Shown: positions 1 to 7,300 of the stretch, piece after piece
How the letters are laid out: every line of letters begins with the position of its first letter
Numbering within the stretch: position 1 is the stretch's first letter
Assembly: GCA_034409195.1 (NCBI GenBank)
Contig: DAOUMT010000071.1
Coordinates: 1-32,052, forward strand
Length of the DNA: 32,052 nt
Source: Dehalococcoidia bacterium
GTDB lineage: Bacteria > Chloroflexota > Dehalococcoidia > SZUA-161
Reading direction: 5' to 3'
The notes under the pieces: generated by a model
Told to the model about the DNA's origin: nothing
Databases searched by the model: none
The model's input: the letters and a program-made list of their open reading frames with translations, nothing else
Program-made: the position numbers and the translations under genes

Positions 1-374
1 GCTTTTACCTGCGGATTGTGAAGTGAATCAGCGAAGCAGTGCAGCATCACTTTCATGTTATTGTCTGGCTCCGAGGCAAGCCACCGCCATGCTTGAGCAT
101 CGATGAGTTCGGCCAGACTCTGACGGACGTTCCCCTTTTCGCCGGCAGCAGCCAGGCGTCTGGCTCTATCCTCCCGATATCTCCGGACGCTCGCCTCGAT
201 GATGTCCTCTTTGCAGGAGAAATAGCGGTAGATGGCGCCGATGCTCAGCCGCGCCTCGCGGCAAATATCCTCAATCGTAGTCTCTGTGAAACCTTTCTGG
301 GCAAAACACACTACGGCGGCATCCAGGATATGCTCACGGCGAGCTTCGAGGTAGGTTTCGTTTACTTTAGGCAT
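1..374 (-). CDS. TetR/AcrR-family transcriptional regulator, N-terminal part (3' end runs off the window)
   Basis: Own translation of the minus strand from ATG (complement of 372-374): MPKVNETYLEARREHILDAAVVCFAQKGFTETTIEDICREARLSIGAIYRYFSCKEDIIEAS... This is the classic TetR N-terminal HTH pattern. The frame is open to position 1, so it is absent from the ORF track. Track ORF 39..503(+) is its antisense shadow. Confidence 0.85.
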   Translation of the reverse strand, partial: MPKVNETYLEARREHILDAAVVCFAQKGFTETTIEDICREARLSIGAIYRYFSCKEDIIEASVRRYREDRARRLAAAGEKGNVRQSLAELIDAQAWRWLASEPDNNMKVMLHCFADSLHNPQVK

Positions 375-403
375 CTCGTTGGCCTCGGCTTCTCATTATA
401 CGT

Positions 404-429
404 AAATAAAATGAGTAATCATTTTATTT
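404..429. promoter_or_regulatory. Perfect 11-bp inverted repeat AAATAAAATGA-gtaa-TCATTTTATTT, candidate TetR operator
   Basis: Read directly: 404-414 is the reverse complement of 419-429. It lies 30 bp upstream of the TetR start, in the divergent intergenic region. TetR regulators typically bind palindromes at their own promoter. Confidence 0.5.
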
Positions 430-468
430 TAGGCTATCATCAGCGCTTTAATGATACAACGGGAACTC

Positions 469-500
469 CACCTGCTTTGTGCAGGTGTTTCCACTTATTT
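469..500 (+). terminator. Hairpin CACCTGC-tttgt-GCAGGTG followed by TTTCCACTTATTTT (terminator/attenuator-like)
   Basis: 7-bp perfect stem (469-475 / 481-487) plus a T-rich tail on the + strand. It sits inside the TetR / 648..947 divergent spacer, and no upstream + strand gene is visible. Confidence 0.3.
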
Positions 501-647
501 TAGGAGTGGCTCAGTGCTCTCATAAAATGGTTCCTCAGAGGAGATTGTCAGGTTTCGGGACACATCTCTGTGTTGTATAATTGGGACAAGGTTCGGTTCC
601 GGGCGAAGCGGCCGGGATTACTGGCCTGTTTTCACTGGAGGTCACAA

Positions 648-947
648 ATGGCTCAGAGGAAGTTCAGATTATGGGCGAATGTGAGCAGCGATAACCTGTC
701 GGCAATCAAACGAGCCCTTGAACAGATCATCGCTGATAAAGGAACTATCAGACAAACAGACCAAGGATTCGAAGTCGAGGCAGAATTTGAAGGAGAAAGC
801 GCGCGAGATCTCAATCGTATGGTTCTGTCCGAGCTGCGTAGAGCAGAGAAACGTACGATGATTCGAGCAGAATGGGAATCGGGTGATACCATTGAGAGGT
901 TTTTCGATTATGTACCGAAGGGAACTCGCCAGGCACGGGGCAAATGA
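648..947 (+). CDS. Hypothetical protein, 99 aa
   Basis: Track ORF 570..947. I prefer the internal ATG at 648, preceded by GGAGG (637-641). Product MAQRKFRLWANVSSDNLSAIKRALEQIIADKGTIRQTDQGFEVEAEFEGESARDLNRMVLSELRRAEKR... has a balanced, protein-like composition. No family recognised. Divergent from the TetR gene. Confidence 0.6.
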   Translation: MAQRKFRLWANVSSDNLSAIKRALEQIIADKGTIRQTDQGFEVEAEFEGESARDLNRMVLSELRRAEKRTMIRAEWESGDTIERFFDYVPKGTRQARGK

Positions 948-992
948 GACTAATTTTGGTAAAACTTGGCTTCTTCCTGTCCCCGAAAACTA

Positions 993-1619
993 TCACGTCT
1001 GAAGCAAATTCACTGCCGCCACCCCGCCTAAAGCGACAATTTGTTTGTCTATCGACAACTTCGCCTCTGCGAGCAGGGGCGCCAGCCCTTCTCGTTTCTG
1101 ATAGTCACGGTAGTTCGCATAGTGTTCCCGTCCGACGCCCATTTCCACAAGCCTTCTCAGAATTCTTAGTAGGTTGCCCGGAAGAAACGAGTAAGGCCCG
1201 AAATGGTAATCTATTAATAGGATACGCCCATCATCTTTCAGCACGCGCTTACACTCATTCAGGATCGCCGGTCGTAATAAGGCAGGCACTTCATGCACCA
1301 CTAATACCAGGGTAATAAGGTCAAACATCCGGTCGGGAAAATTCATGTGTGAGATGTCCTGCAGCGATAACTCAGCGATGCCATCCAGTTTCCGGCGCGC
1401 AGCATCCAGCATAACAGGTGAGGCATCGACCCCGTACAATTTGCAGCCGGATCTGCTTAATAATTTTAGTTGTGTCCCTGTTCCACACCCCGCATCGAGA
1501 ATGTAGATATTCTCTCGGGGAGGATATAGTCTCAAACCGATTCTTCGCAATATGCCTGCCGGAGGCTCTGCCACCAGGTCATATATCCGGACAATACGAC
1601 GGTACGGATCTTTTTTCAT
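993..1619 (-). CDS. Class I SAM-dependent methyltransferase
   Basis: 208 aa with motif I ILDAGCGTGTQ, followed by YGVDASPVML and the acidic/loop motifs typical of the Methyltransf_11/25 fold. AGAGG lies 9 nt upstream of the ATG. Confidence 0.85.
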   Translation of the reverse strand: MKKDPYRRIVRIYDLVAEPPAGILRRIGLRLYPPRENIYILDAGCGTGTQLKLLSRSGCKLYGVDASPVMLDAARRKLDGIAELSLQDISHMNFPDRMFDLITLVLVVHEVPALLRPAILNECKRVLKDDGRILLIDYHFGPYSFLPGNLLRILRRLVEMGVGREHYANYRDYQKREGLAPLLAEAKLSIDKQIVALGGVAAVNLLQT

Positions 1620-2018
1620 AAGAAGGCCTCTTGAGTATTTTCTCTTTCTGAAACCATCCCGGGGTAATCTGAGAAGATAAAGTACATGTCGACAAAACTG
1701 GATGAGTCATTCGGCTCGATGATTATATACATCTGTTCCCCCAGGTGTCAATGCACTCGCAGTCTGGTAATAAGTAGAGCACCTTAAATAATCACCTCGC
1801 TGCCCTGTAGTGCTTCATTCTAAAATGCTATTTCCCCGAATAAAGCCTCTCACTTGGCTCTGGAGGATAGCATCGACAAAAAAGCATGAGAGGGAACTTT
1901 TATAAGTCTAAATCCGTCTCTATGGTTAGAGTAATTTTAATCCGGGCCGCAAACGCTAGAACGTTTTCGTAACCTTTTCGCTCGCTGTTCGTTTTATATA
2001 GTAGCCGGGGGTAACAGG

Positions 2019-2261
2019 ATGCCTCATAGAGTATGGAGACCTAATATAGGCGGCATACGTCACACTGTAGTAGCACGTTGGAACCCCTTTACATTTGAGG
2101 GAGAATTGATTGTGGATGGGCCTGTGACCAAAACATGGGGCAGTAGAATGGCTGGGCCAGACATCGATCTCGAAATCGAAGGGCACCCTGCTTTTCTTCG
2201 CAATAATCTTGTTGCCTTTGACCTTTACATAGACGGTGAAAAGGTTCCGCATAGTAGTTAG
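2019..2261 (+). CDS. Hypothetical small protein, 80 aa (beta-rich '...GELIVDG...YIDGEKV' pattern)
   Basis: Protein-like composition (IGGIRHTVVARWNPFTFEGELIVDGPVTKTWGS...LEIEGHPAFLRNNLVAFDLYIDGEKV). The overlapping 147-aa minus-strand ORF is Cys/Trp-rich junk. GGGGGT lies upstream of the ATG. No family assignment. Confidence 0.4.
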   Translation: MPHRVWRPNIGGIRHTVVARWNPFTFEGELIVDGPVTKTWGSRMAGPDIDLEIEGHPAFLRNNLVAFDLYIDGEKVPHSS

Positions 2262-2370
2262 AAAACAACATCTTTTGAATTTCAACACCCTCAACTGATC
2301 CAACAACCTATCATGCTTCATGCCTGCCACACACCACAGCATGATGGACGAAATGCCGTAGCACAAAGGT

Positions 2371-2595
2371 TCAGTCTTCGAAATGCTTTCTAGGTCCAAA
2401 GACTAGGGGATAATCCTGCGGGTCGCTAAGTAACAGCAGCCCTACATAGCCTTCCTTATCGGGACACCGCAGAGATACGGCTCCATCGGAAGGGTCGTCC
2501 GAATAATTGAAATCCAGTTTAGTCCGATATCCCGCCATAACATTTTTCTTGAATCCCCCGCATAGAGCATCTAGCTTTTCTTCATCGACTTTCAT
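2371..2595 (-). CDS. Hypothetical small acidic protein, 74 aa
   Basis: Strong SD: the minus strand reads AAAGGAGGTTGAG-ATG. Sequence MKVDEEKLDALCGGFKKNVMAGYRTKLDFNYSDDPSDGAVSLRCPDKEGYVGLLLLSDPQDYPLVF. No recognised family. Confidence 0.55.
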   Translation of the reverse strand: MKVDEEKLDALCGGFKKNVMAGYRTKLDFNYSDDPSDGAVSLRCPDKEGYVGLLLLSDPQDYPLVFGPRKHFED

Positions 2596-2847
2596 CTCAA
2601 CCTCCTTTCTTATTCCATTAGGTTCCGCAAGAAGTATCGGCTATCCCACGCTGTTTTACTTAATGCTTTCCTGCAGAATAAGTGGCTGCTTTTGAATGTA
2701 CAAGTAGTCTGATTATAGATAAGCATATGCTTGATTTATGTTGTGATTATCAAGGCTGCATTGCTATTATGGAGCATATAAACATGGTAGATTGTGTCTC
2801 TGCATGAAGTCAATTATACTGTATGCATATAGTGGGGAGGTGGCAAA

Positions 2848-2925
2848 GTGATACTAGCTTTTCTTGTAGTGGCGATTGCTCTTCTTCTCAGTTCATGTGG
2901 AGCTTTTTTTGCTGTTATACGATAG
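2848..2925 (+). CDS. Candidate 25-aa hydrophobic micro-ORF (MILAFLVVAIALLLSSCGAFFAVIR)
   Basis: GTG start 5 nt after GGGGAGGTGG (2834-2843). Single TM-like stretch with a lipobox-like LSSC. It could be a small membrane peptide or the signal-peptide stub of a lost lipoprotein gene. Confidence 0.25.
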   Translation: MILAFLVVAIALLLSSCGAFFAVIR

Positions 2926-3242
2926 TTGGCAATAGTCCATATCACGATGGACTATAGATTTTCCTCAGCGCTTTGCAGTAGTTTATGCTCTCCTCGAAGG
3001 GTGACCTGCTAACCTTCTTGTGCCATTTTACATCATGAGTTTAATCAGTCAGGAAATGACCCTACCACTGTCCAGTAATACTTCATGTTGTCCTCAAGCC
3101 TATATCAGTTAGCTGGGATACTAAGAACTGTGGTATATTGTGGAACATAAAAGAAATGAAGTTGATTAGGCGAGGATTATCTAATATAGAAATTCTTCAG
3201 GATTCATTCAACTATGAGGCACTGTGAATTGGTTCAAAAAAC

Positions 3243-3788
3243 ATGAAGAAGATACGATTAAAAGCAGTAGAACTAGCAAAAAGATACTTGAGCGGCAAGC
3301 TTGTTGTAGTGCAGTTCCTCGGGGGTTGCAGTGCTTTCATTTTTAGGACTGCCGTAGCTTACTTTACAACCTATAAATTCCATCTTTCAGCCTGGGATAC
3401 TGCCCTGTTTTATACGATAGCAAGTAATTTCGGGTACATAGCGACATGGTTTATCGGGTATTTCATAGCCTTTCGCAAGGACTACTACAGGTTGAAAAGA
3501 CCAATATGGCCTGATATGTTGCGTCTGCAGCTTATTGAGCAGGCACCCAATTTCATTACCCTAGTGCCTTCTGCCCTATCCGGGTGGGCCTTGACTAGCA
3601 AAGTAGGCATATCACCCCTGGCTTCCACCAATATTACCTCATGGTTCGGCCCCCAGAAAATACTGAATCTGGCTGCTGGTTTCATTAGCCAAGCCACAAA
3701 GAAAGCCTGGGTTGACAAGACGTGGAGTCCTGGCGCAATTACCCGCAGGATGATATGGCGAGGGAAATCGTCAAAGCCAGGTTACTAA
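3243..3788 (+). CDS. Hypothetical membrane protein, 181 aa
   Basis: Several hydrophobic segments (VVVQFLGGCSAFIFRTAVAYFTT, LFYTIASNFGYIATWFIGYFIAF). No SD, AT-rich context, no family recognised. Confidence 0.4.
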   Translation: MKKIRLKAVELAKRYLSGKLVVVQFLGGCSAFIFRTAVAYFTTYKFHLSAWDTALFYTIASNFGYIATWFIGYFIAFRKDYYRLKRPIWPDMLRLQLIEQAPNFITLVPSALSGWALTSKVGISPLASTNITSWFGPQKILNLAAGFISQATKKAWVDKTWSPGAITRRMIWRGKSSKPGY

Positions 3789-3879
3789 CATTGGCATCAC
3801 AGTTTTCGCTAACATCCTCATCAAAAAGTCTGTCGAATTTCTCCGCCGCAGCTTCTTGAAGTCCAGGTAAAACGTGATT
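3739..3879 (-). pseudogene. Remnant of the C-terminal tail of a tyrosine recombinase/phage integrase
   Basis: Own translation of the minus strand: (stop)-N-HVLPGLQEAAAEKFDRLFDEDVSENCDANVSN... The stretch HVLPG.QE.AAEK.D.L matches the region just after the catalytic Tyr (..Y.HVLPGMQ..AA..ld.l) of phage-type integrases. An in-frame TGA lies two codons upstream and the catalytic core is not readable. Confidence 0.3.
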
Positions 3880-4160
3880 TCACGGTCAATATGCCAATGT
3901 GGTTTATGGTGTGACACCTCTAACGTGACATTATATAATTCCTGTGATCATAGCTATCAAAGAATAAAGAGAGAAACAGAAACAATTTGAATTTGCCTTT
4001 GATAGGTGAACTGTTTCACCACACAAACAATCACTCATTCCGGGATAATAGAGAAATACAAAGCGTTAGCGAATTTACATTAGCGACCTTCTCGAATAAA
4101 ATTGAATTGCATTTTCGACTTGCTTTCGGGTTTATGAAAAGAGTATAGGAGAGTGTCCTT

Positions 4161-4352
4161 ATGACAATTATTACCGATGATTATATGAAACAAATGATGA
4201 CGAAAACCAGAAATTATAGTCTAGTCATCTTAAAAGCGACTCCGAAAAGATATGAGGTAGGCGCAGAGAAGATTGTTTGGGAGCATGGGCGAAGAAACTT
4301 TGCCCACCGTGCCGAAGTCGGGAATTACAGAGTCTCGGCTCATAACCCATGA
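4161..4352 (+). CDS. Small hypothetical protein, 63 aa (possibly a truncated version of a ~110-aa family)
   Basis: AGGAG lies 9 nt upstream. MTIITDDYMKQMMTKTRNYSLVILKATPKRYEVGAEKIVWEHGRRNFAHRAE... resembles, from memory, the N-terminal half of a small conserved family. The tail VGNYRVSAHNP looks out of character. Confidence 0.35.
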   Translation: MTIITDDYMKQMMTKTRNYSLVILKATPKRYEVGAEKIVWEHGRRNFAHRAEVGNYRVSAHNP

Positions 4353-4558
4353 TTCTTCTCCTTTCACAGCCTTTGTCATCAAACATCGACTAGAACAACT
4401 AGGAAATCGGCGGAAAATGCTTGCTATTTGAAGGTTGGCAAGTATACTTATGGTCAGTTTCCTAAAAGCGGTATAATTTTATTAGAATCTGTGATAAGTC
4501 ATGGAGTTATGTTCCTCCGCACATTGCTCTGGTTGCTATAGACTTAGATCACGAACAT

Positions 4559-4816
4559 TTGGAAGCGGTATTGTTATCACACGGCTATCAAAGAGACAAT
4601 TGGCTAATCTTGAGAGTTTTCGGCTGGCTACTCAATAACCTGGTCGGTGCGGTCTGGGGTTCGGCGTCTCTGGCGCTGGGAGGGGTTGTTCCCTGGCCCG
4701 GAGTCGCCGATATGTTTGGTAAATGGTTTCTGGGCAACCTGGTGGTCGTCATTATATTGACACCCCTATTGCTCAAATTCCCGACGTCCATCATCCGGAA
4801 AGCCGGCATTCTGTAA
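4559..4816 (+). CDS. Membrane protein fragment / small membrane protein, 85 aa
   Basis: TTG start. The frame is open back to 4499 without a canonical start, suggesting a 5'-truncated gene. Hydrophobic C-terminal part (FGKWFLGNLVVVIILTPLLL). The stop overlaps the next ATG (TAATG at 4814-4818). Confidence 0.35.
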   Translation: MEAVLLSHGYQRDNWLILRVFGWLLNNLVGAVWGSASLALGGVVPWPGVADMFGKWFLGNLVVVIILTPLLLKFPTSIIRKAGIL

Positions 4817-5905
4817 TGGGCACATCGATTACTAACTTGTTAATTGACCTGATAAAGACTGCGGGGATCATCATTATTTTTGCCTACCTGGTGACCCGGA
4901 CCCGGTTCTTTGGAGACTTGCTGGAAAAGCACCCCGGCTACAGGAGCCGGTTGATCATGATTGCTTTCTTCGGGGCCCTTTCTGTTTTCGGGACTTATGG
5001 CGGTGTGACGCTCCCATCTGGCGCCATAATTAACATCAGAGACCTCGGGGCCATAATCGCCGGTCTGGTGGGTGGTCCCATTGTAGGTCTTGGGGCAGGC
5101 CTGATCGGCGGCCCTGCAACGCTATTTCGTCGGTGGTTTTGTGGCGGTCCCCAGCGGCGCAACGACAGTCCTGGCCGGCCTGGTCGGCGGCCTGATCTAT
5201 GTCCTGAGAAAAGGCAATTTCCTCCCGACCTGGGGAGTTATGCTGTATGCCGCTTGCGTGGAAATATTTCTCACGGGTTTTGTTCTCTTAATAGCCCGGC
5301 CGTTCAATTCAGCGGTGGAAGCGGTGAAAGTGGCAGCCGTACTGATGATTCTGGCTAATGCCGCCGGGACGGGTATCTTTGCCTTTATTATCCATAATCT
5401 GATTACGGAACGGAAGAACGCGGCCGAAAAGGAGAGATACCGCGCGGAGCTGGAACGGAAAAAATTCGAATTGGAGGCAGCCAGGAGTATCCAGAGCAGC
5501 TTTTTACCCGAGTCTGTACCTCAGATCCGCGGGTTCGATATCGCCGCCTTCACCCTGCCGGCTTTGGAGGTGGGGGGCGATTTCTACGATTTTATCCCCA
5601 TTTCTCGGGACCGGTGGGGGTTTGTCATCGCCGATGTTTCAGGGAAAGGGTTCCCGGCAGCTTTATTCATGGCTCTATCACGGACACTGGTACGTGCCTA
5701 CGCCGTCGGCAACCCAACAGTCTCTGAGGCTATCAATAAAAAGAATGAGCAATTCGGAACGGAGGGATTGGCCATAGTAGTGGATAGTAACCGCAATCTC
5801 TCTACCCAGGAGATCGTCAAGAGGGTGGAGCAGGACGTGACGGAGTTCAGCCAGGGACAACCTCAATTCGATGACATCACACTGCTGATCCTGAAAGTGG
5901 GGTGA
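4816..5905 (+). pseudogene. 5TMR-LYT membrane sensor fused to PP2C/SpoIIE phosphatase domain, disrupted by a +1 frameshift and apparently lacking the central part of the phosphatase domain
   Basis: Frame 1 from ATG 4816 reads ...INIRDLGAIIAGLVGGPIVGLGAGLIGG and then turns to junk. Frame 2 continues LQRYFVGGFVAVPSGATTVLAGLVGGLIY... The join is the CCC run at 5112-5114 (one extra C). Downstream come GGDFYDF...ADVSGKGFPAALFM and the terminal QFDDITLLILK. Only ~110 aa separate GGDFYD from the end, versus ~190 in the SpoIIE domains I remember. Confidence 0.75.
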
Positions 5906-5961
5906 GACAGGAAGTGGGCGACTTCTGCGTCTTACTTGACCTGAGAGTCTGCCATCTTGTT

Positions 5962-6139
5962 TCAGACGATATGTATATTCTCAGCCTCCCTTAGGAGGTC
6001 ATCCCGGAACTTTGGATGGGCAATGCTGATGATATCCAGGGCTCGCTCTCTCGTAGACTTTCCCTTTAGATTAACCGCTCCATATTCGGTGACAAGATAC
6101 TGCACATCCATCCTTTTGCTTCAACGTCGACACTTTCCC
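5962..6139 (-). pseudogene. 3'-terminal stub of an acetyl-CoA hydrolase/transferase (4-hydroxybutyrate CoA-transferase-like) gene
   Basis: Own translation of the minus strand: [49 protein letters not shown] (6111->5962). The neighbouring frame just upstream reads [10 protein letters not shown]. Together these match the family C-terminus (..VTTPR.DVDYVVTEYG.A.LKGKSLR.RA.ALI.IAHPDFR.EL). The stub starts immediately after the queA stop codon, and the rest of the gene is absent. Confidence 0.55.
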
Positions 6140-6140
6140 C

Positions 6141-7160
6141 TCAAATAATTAGCATCGCGTCGCCGAAGCTATAAAAGCGGTAACCTAGGTTCATGGCTTC
6201 ACGGTAGGCCTGAAATATAAGCTCTCTGCCTGCGAAGGCAGACACCAGCATCAACAGCGTCGACCGCGGCAGATGGAAGTTGGTGACCAGGGCATCTACC
6301 ACGTTGAAGCGATGACCAGGACGAATAAAGAGATCCACCCAGCCAGTAAAAGCCCTAACACAGCCCTCATCTTGTTGCGCCGAGTATTCCAGTAACCTGA
6401 CAGTGCTGGTGCCGACGCAGACGATGCGTCTGCCCTCGGCTCTGGCCTGATTGAGTTCTCTGGCAACCTCAGGAGTAACCTCACCGTACTCTTTATGTAT
6501 CACATGCTCCGCCGGGTCATCCACCTGCACCGGCTGGAAAGAGTCCAGGCCCAGGTGAAGGGTGATGAAAACGAAACGAATGCCCTTATCCTGAAGGCTG
6601 TTCATCAGCTCGGGGGTGAAATGCAGCCCCGCTGTGGGAGCGGCTACGCTGCCATTTTCACGGGCATACACTGTCTGATATCTGCCGGGGTTAGCAAGAC
6701 GAGCATGAATATACGGAGGCAAGGGAACAGCCCCTGCTCTCTCCAGCGCTTCTTCATCGGGGAAACTTACAATAACAGCGCCATCGTCTTTCTTTTCAAT
6801 TACCTCTGCCTCGATAATTGGATCTTGCCCCAGCCGCACCATTGTCCCCGCCTTGAGCCTTCGCCCCGGCCTGGCCAGTGCCTCCCAGACACCTCGCTCC
6901 AGTCTCCTCAACAAAAGAAGCTCTATCTTAGCCCCGCCACCCATCTTGCGCCCCAAAAGCCTTGCCGGTATTACGCGGCTGTTATTGCAGACCAATACAT
7001 CGCCAGGATGAAGATAATCGCCCACCTCGTAAAAATGGCGATGCTCTATACTCCCATCTTTCCTGGAGAGCACCATAAGCCTTGAGCGGTCGCGTGGCTC
7101 AATTGCAGTCTGGGCGATGCGCTCCAGAGGCAGCTCGTAATCAAAATCGCTGGTTTTCAT
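6141..7160 (-). CDS. queA: S-adenosylmethionine:tRNA ribosyltransferase-isomerase
   Basis: MKTSDFDYELPLERIAQTAIEPRDRSRLMVL... and the C-terminal ..YRFYSFGDAMLII are canonical QueA. The track ORF starts 7 codons upstream (7181). I prefer the ATG at 7160, which gives the canonical N-terminus. Confidence 0.93.
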   Translation of the reverse strand: MKTSDFDYELPLERIAQTAIEPRDRSRLMVLSRKDGSIEHRHFYEVGDYLHPGDVLVCNNSRVIPARLLGRKMGGGAKIELLLLRRLERGVWEALARPGRRLKAGTMVRLGQDPIIEAEVIEKKDDGAVIVSFPDEEALERAGAVPLPPYIHARLANPGRYQTVYARENGSVAAPTAGLHFTPELMNSLQDKGIRFVFITLHLGLDSFQPVQVDDPAEHVIHKEYGEVTPEVARELNQARAEGRRIVCVGTSTVRLLEYSAQQDEGCVRAFTGWVDLFIRPGHRFNVVDALVTNFHLPRSTLLMLVSAFAGRELIFQAYREAMNLGYRFYSFGDAMLII

Positions 7161-7253
7161 CCTGCTAAAGATTATAAGCATCCGGGGCCATCTATGTCGA
7201 GAGTAGAGACACGGTATACCGAGCCTATACTCTTTAATATAACCCCGAAAATA

Positions 7254-7282
7254 TTGATTTTCCCCCTGAGTCCTGTTATAGT
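7254..7282 (+). promoter_or_regulatory. Sigma70-like promoter TTGATT-17 nt-TATAGT upstream of rplY
   Basis: Read directly: -35 at 7254-7259, -10 at 7277-7282. The implied leader is only ~11 nt with no SD before ATG 7301. Confidence 0.45.
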
Positions 7283-7300
7283 ATTAAACTAGTCGTCAAA

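Noticed and set aside
39-503. 154-aa + strand ORF at the window start
   Set aside because: It is the antisense shadow of the clearly recognisable TetR N-terminus on the minus strand (1-374). Its sequence has no family features.
1956-2399. 147-aa minus-strand ORF in the AT-rich island
   Set aside because: It has a Cys/Trp/Tyr-rich, non-protein-like composition and overlaps two better small ORFs. No SD.
2727-2807. 26-aa Cys-rich micro-ORF MLDLCCDYQGCIAIMEHINMVDCVSA
   Set aside because: It has no SD and no supporting context, and it is indistinguishable from chance in AT-rich DNA.
5098-5145. Programmed +1/-1 frameshift in the sensor-phosphatase gene
   Set aside because: There is no slippery heptamer or downstream pseudoknot. 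The shift is at a plain CCC run, and the gene carries a second lesion (internal deletion), so decay or a sequencing error is more likely.
6495-7085. 196-aa + strand ORF
   Set aside because: It is antisense to queA and has no motifs.
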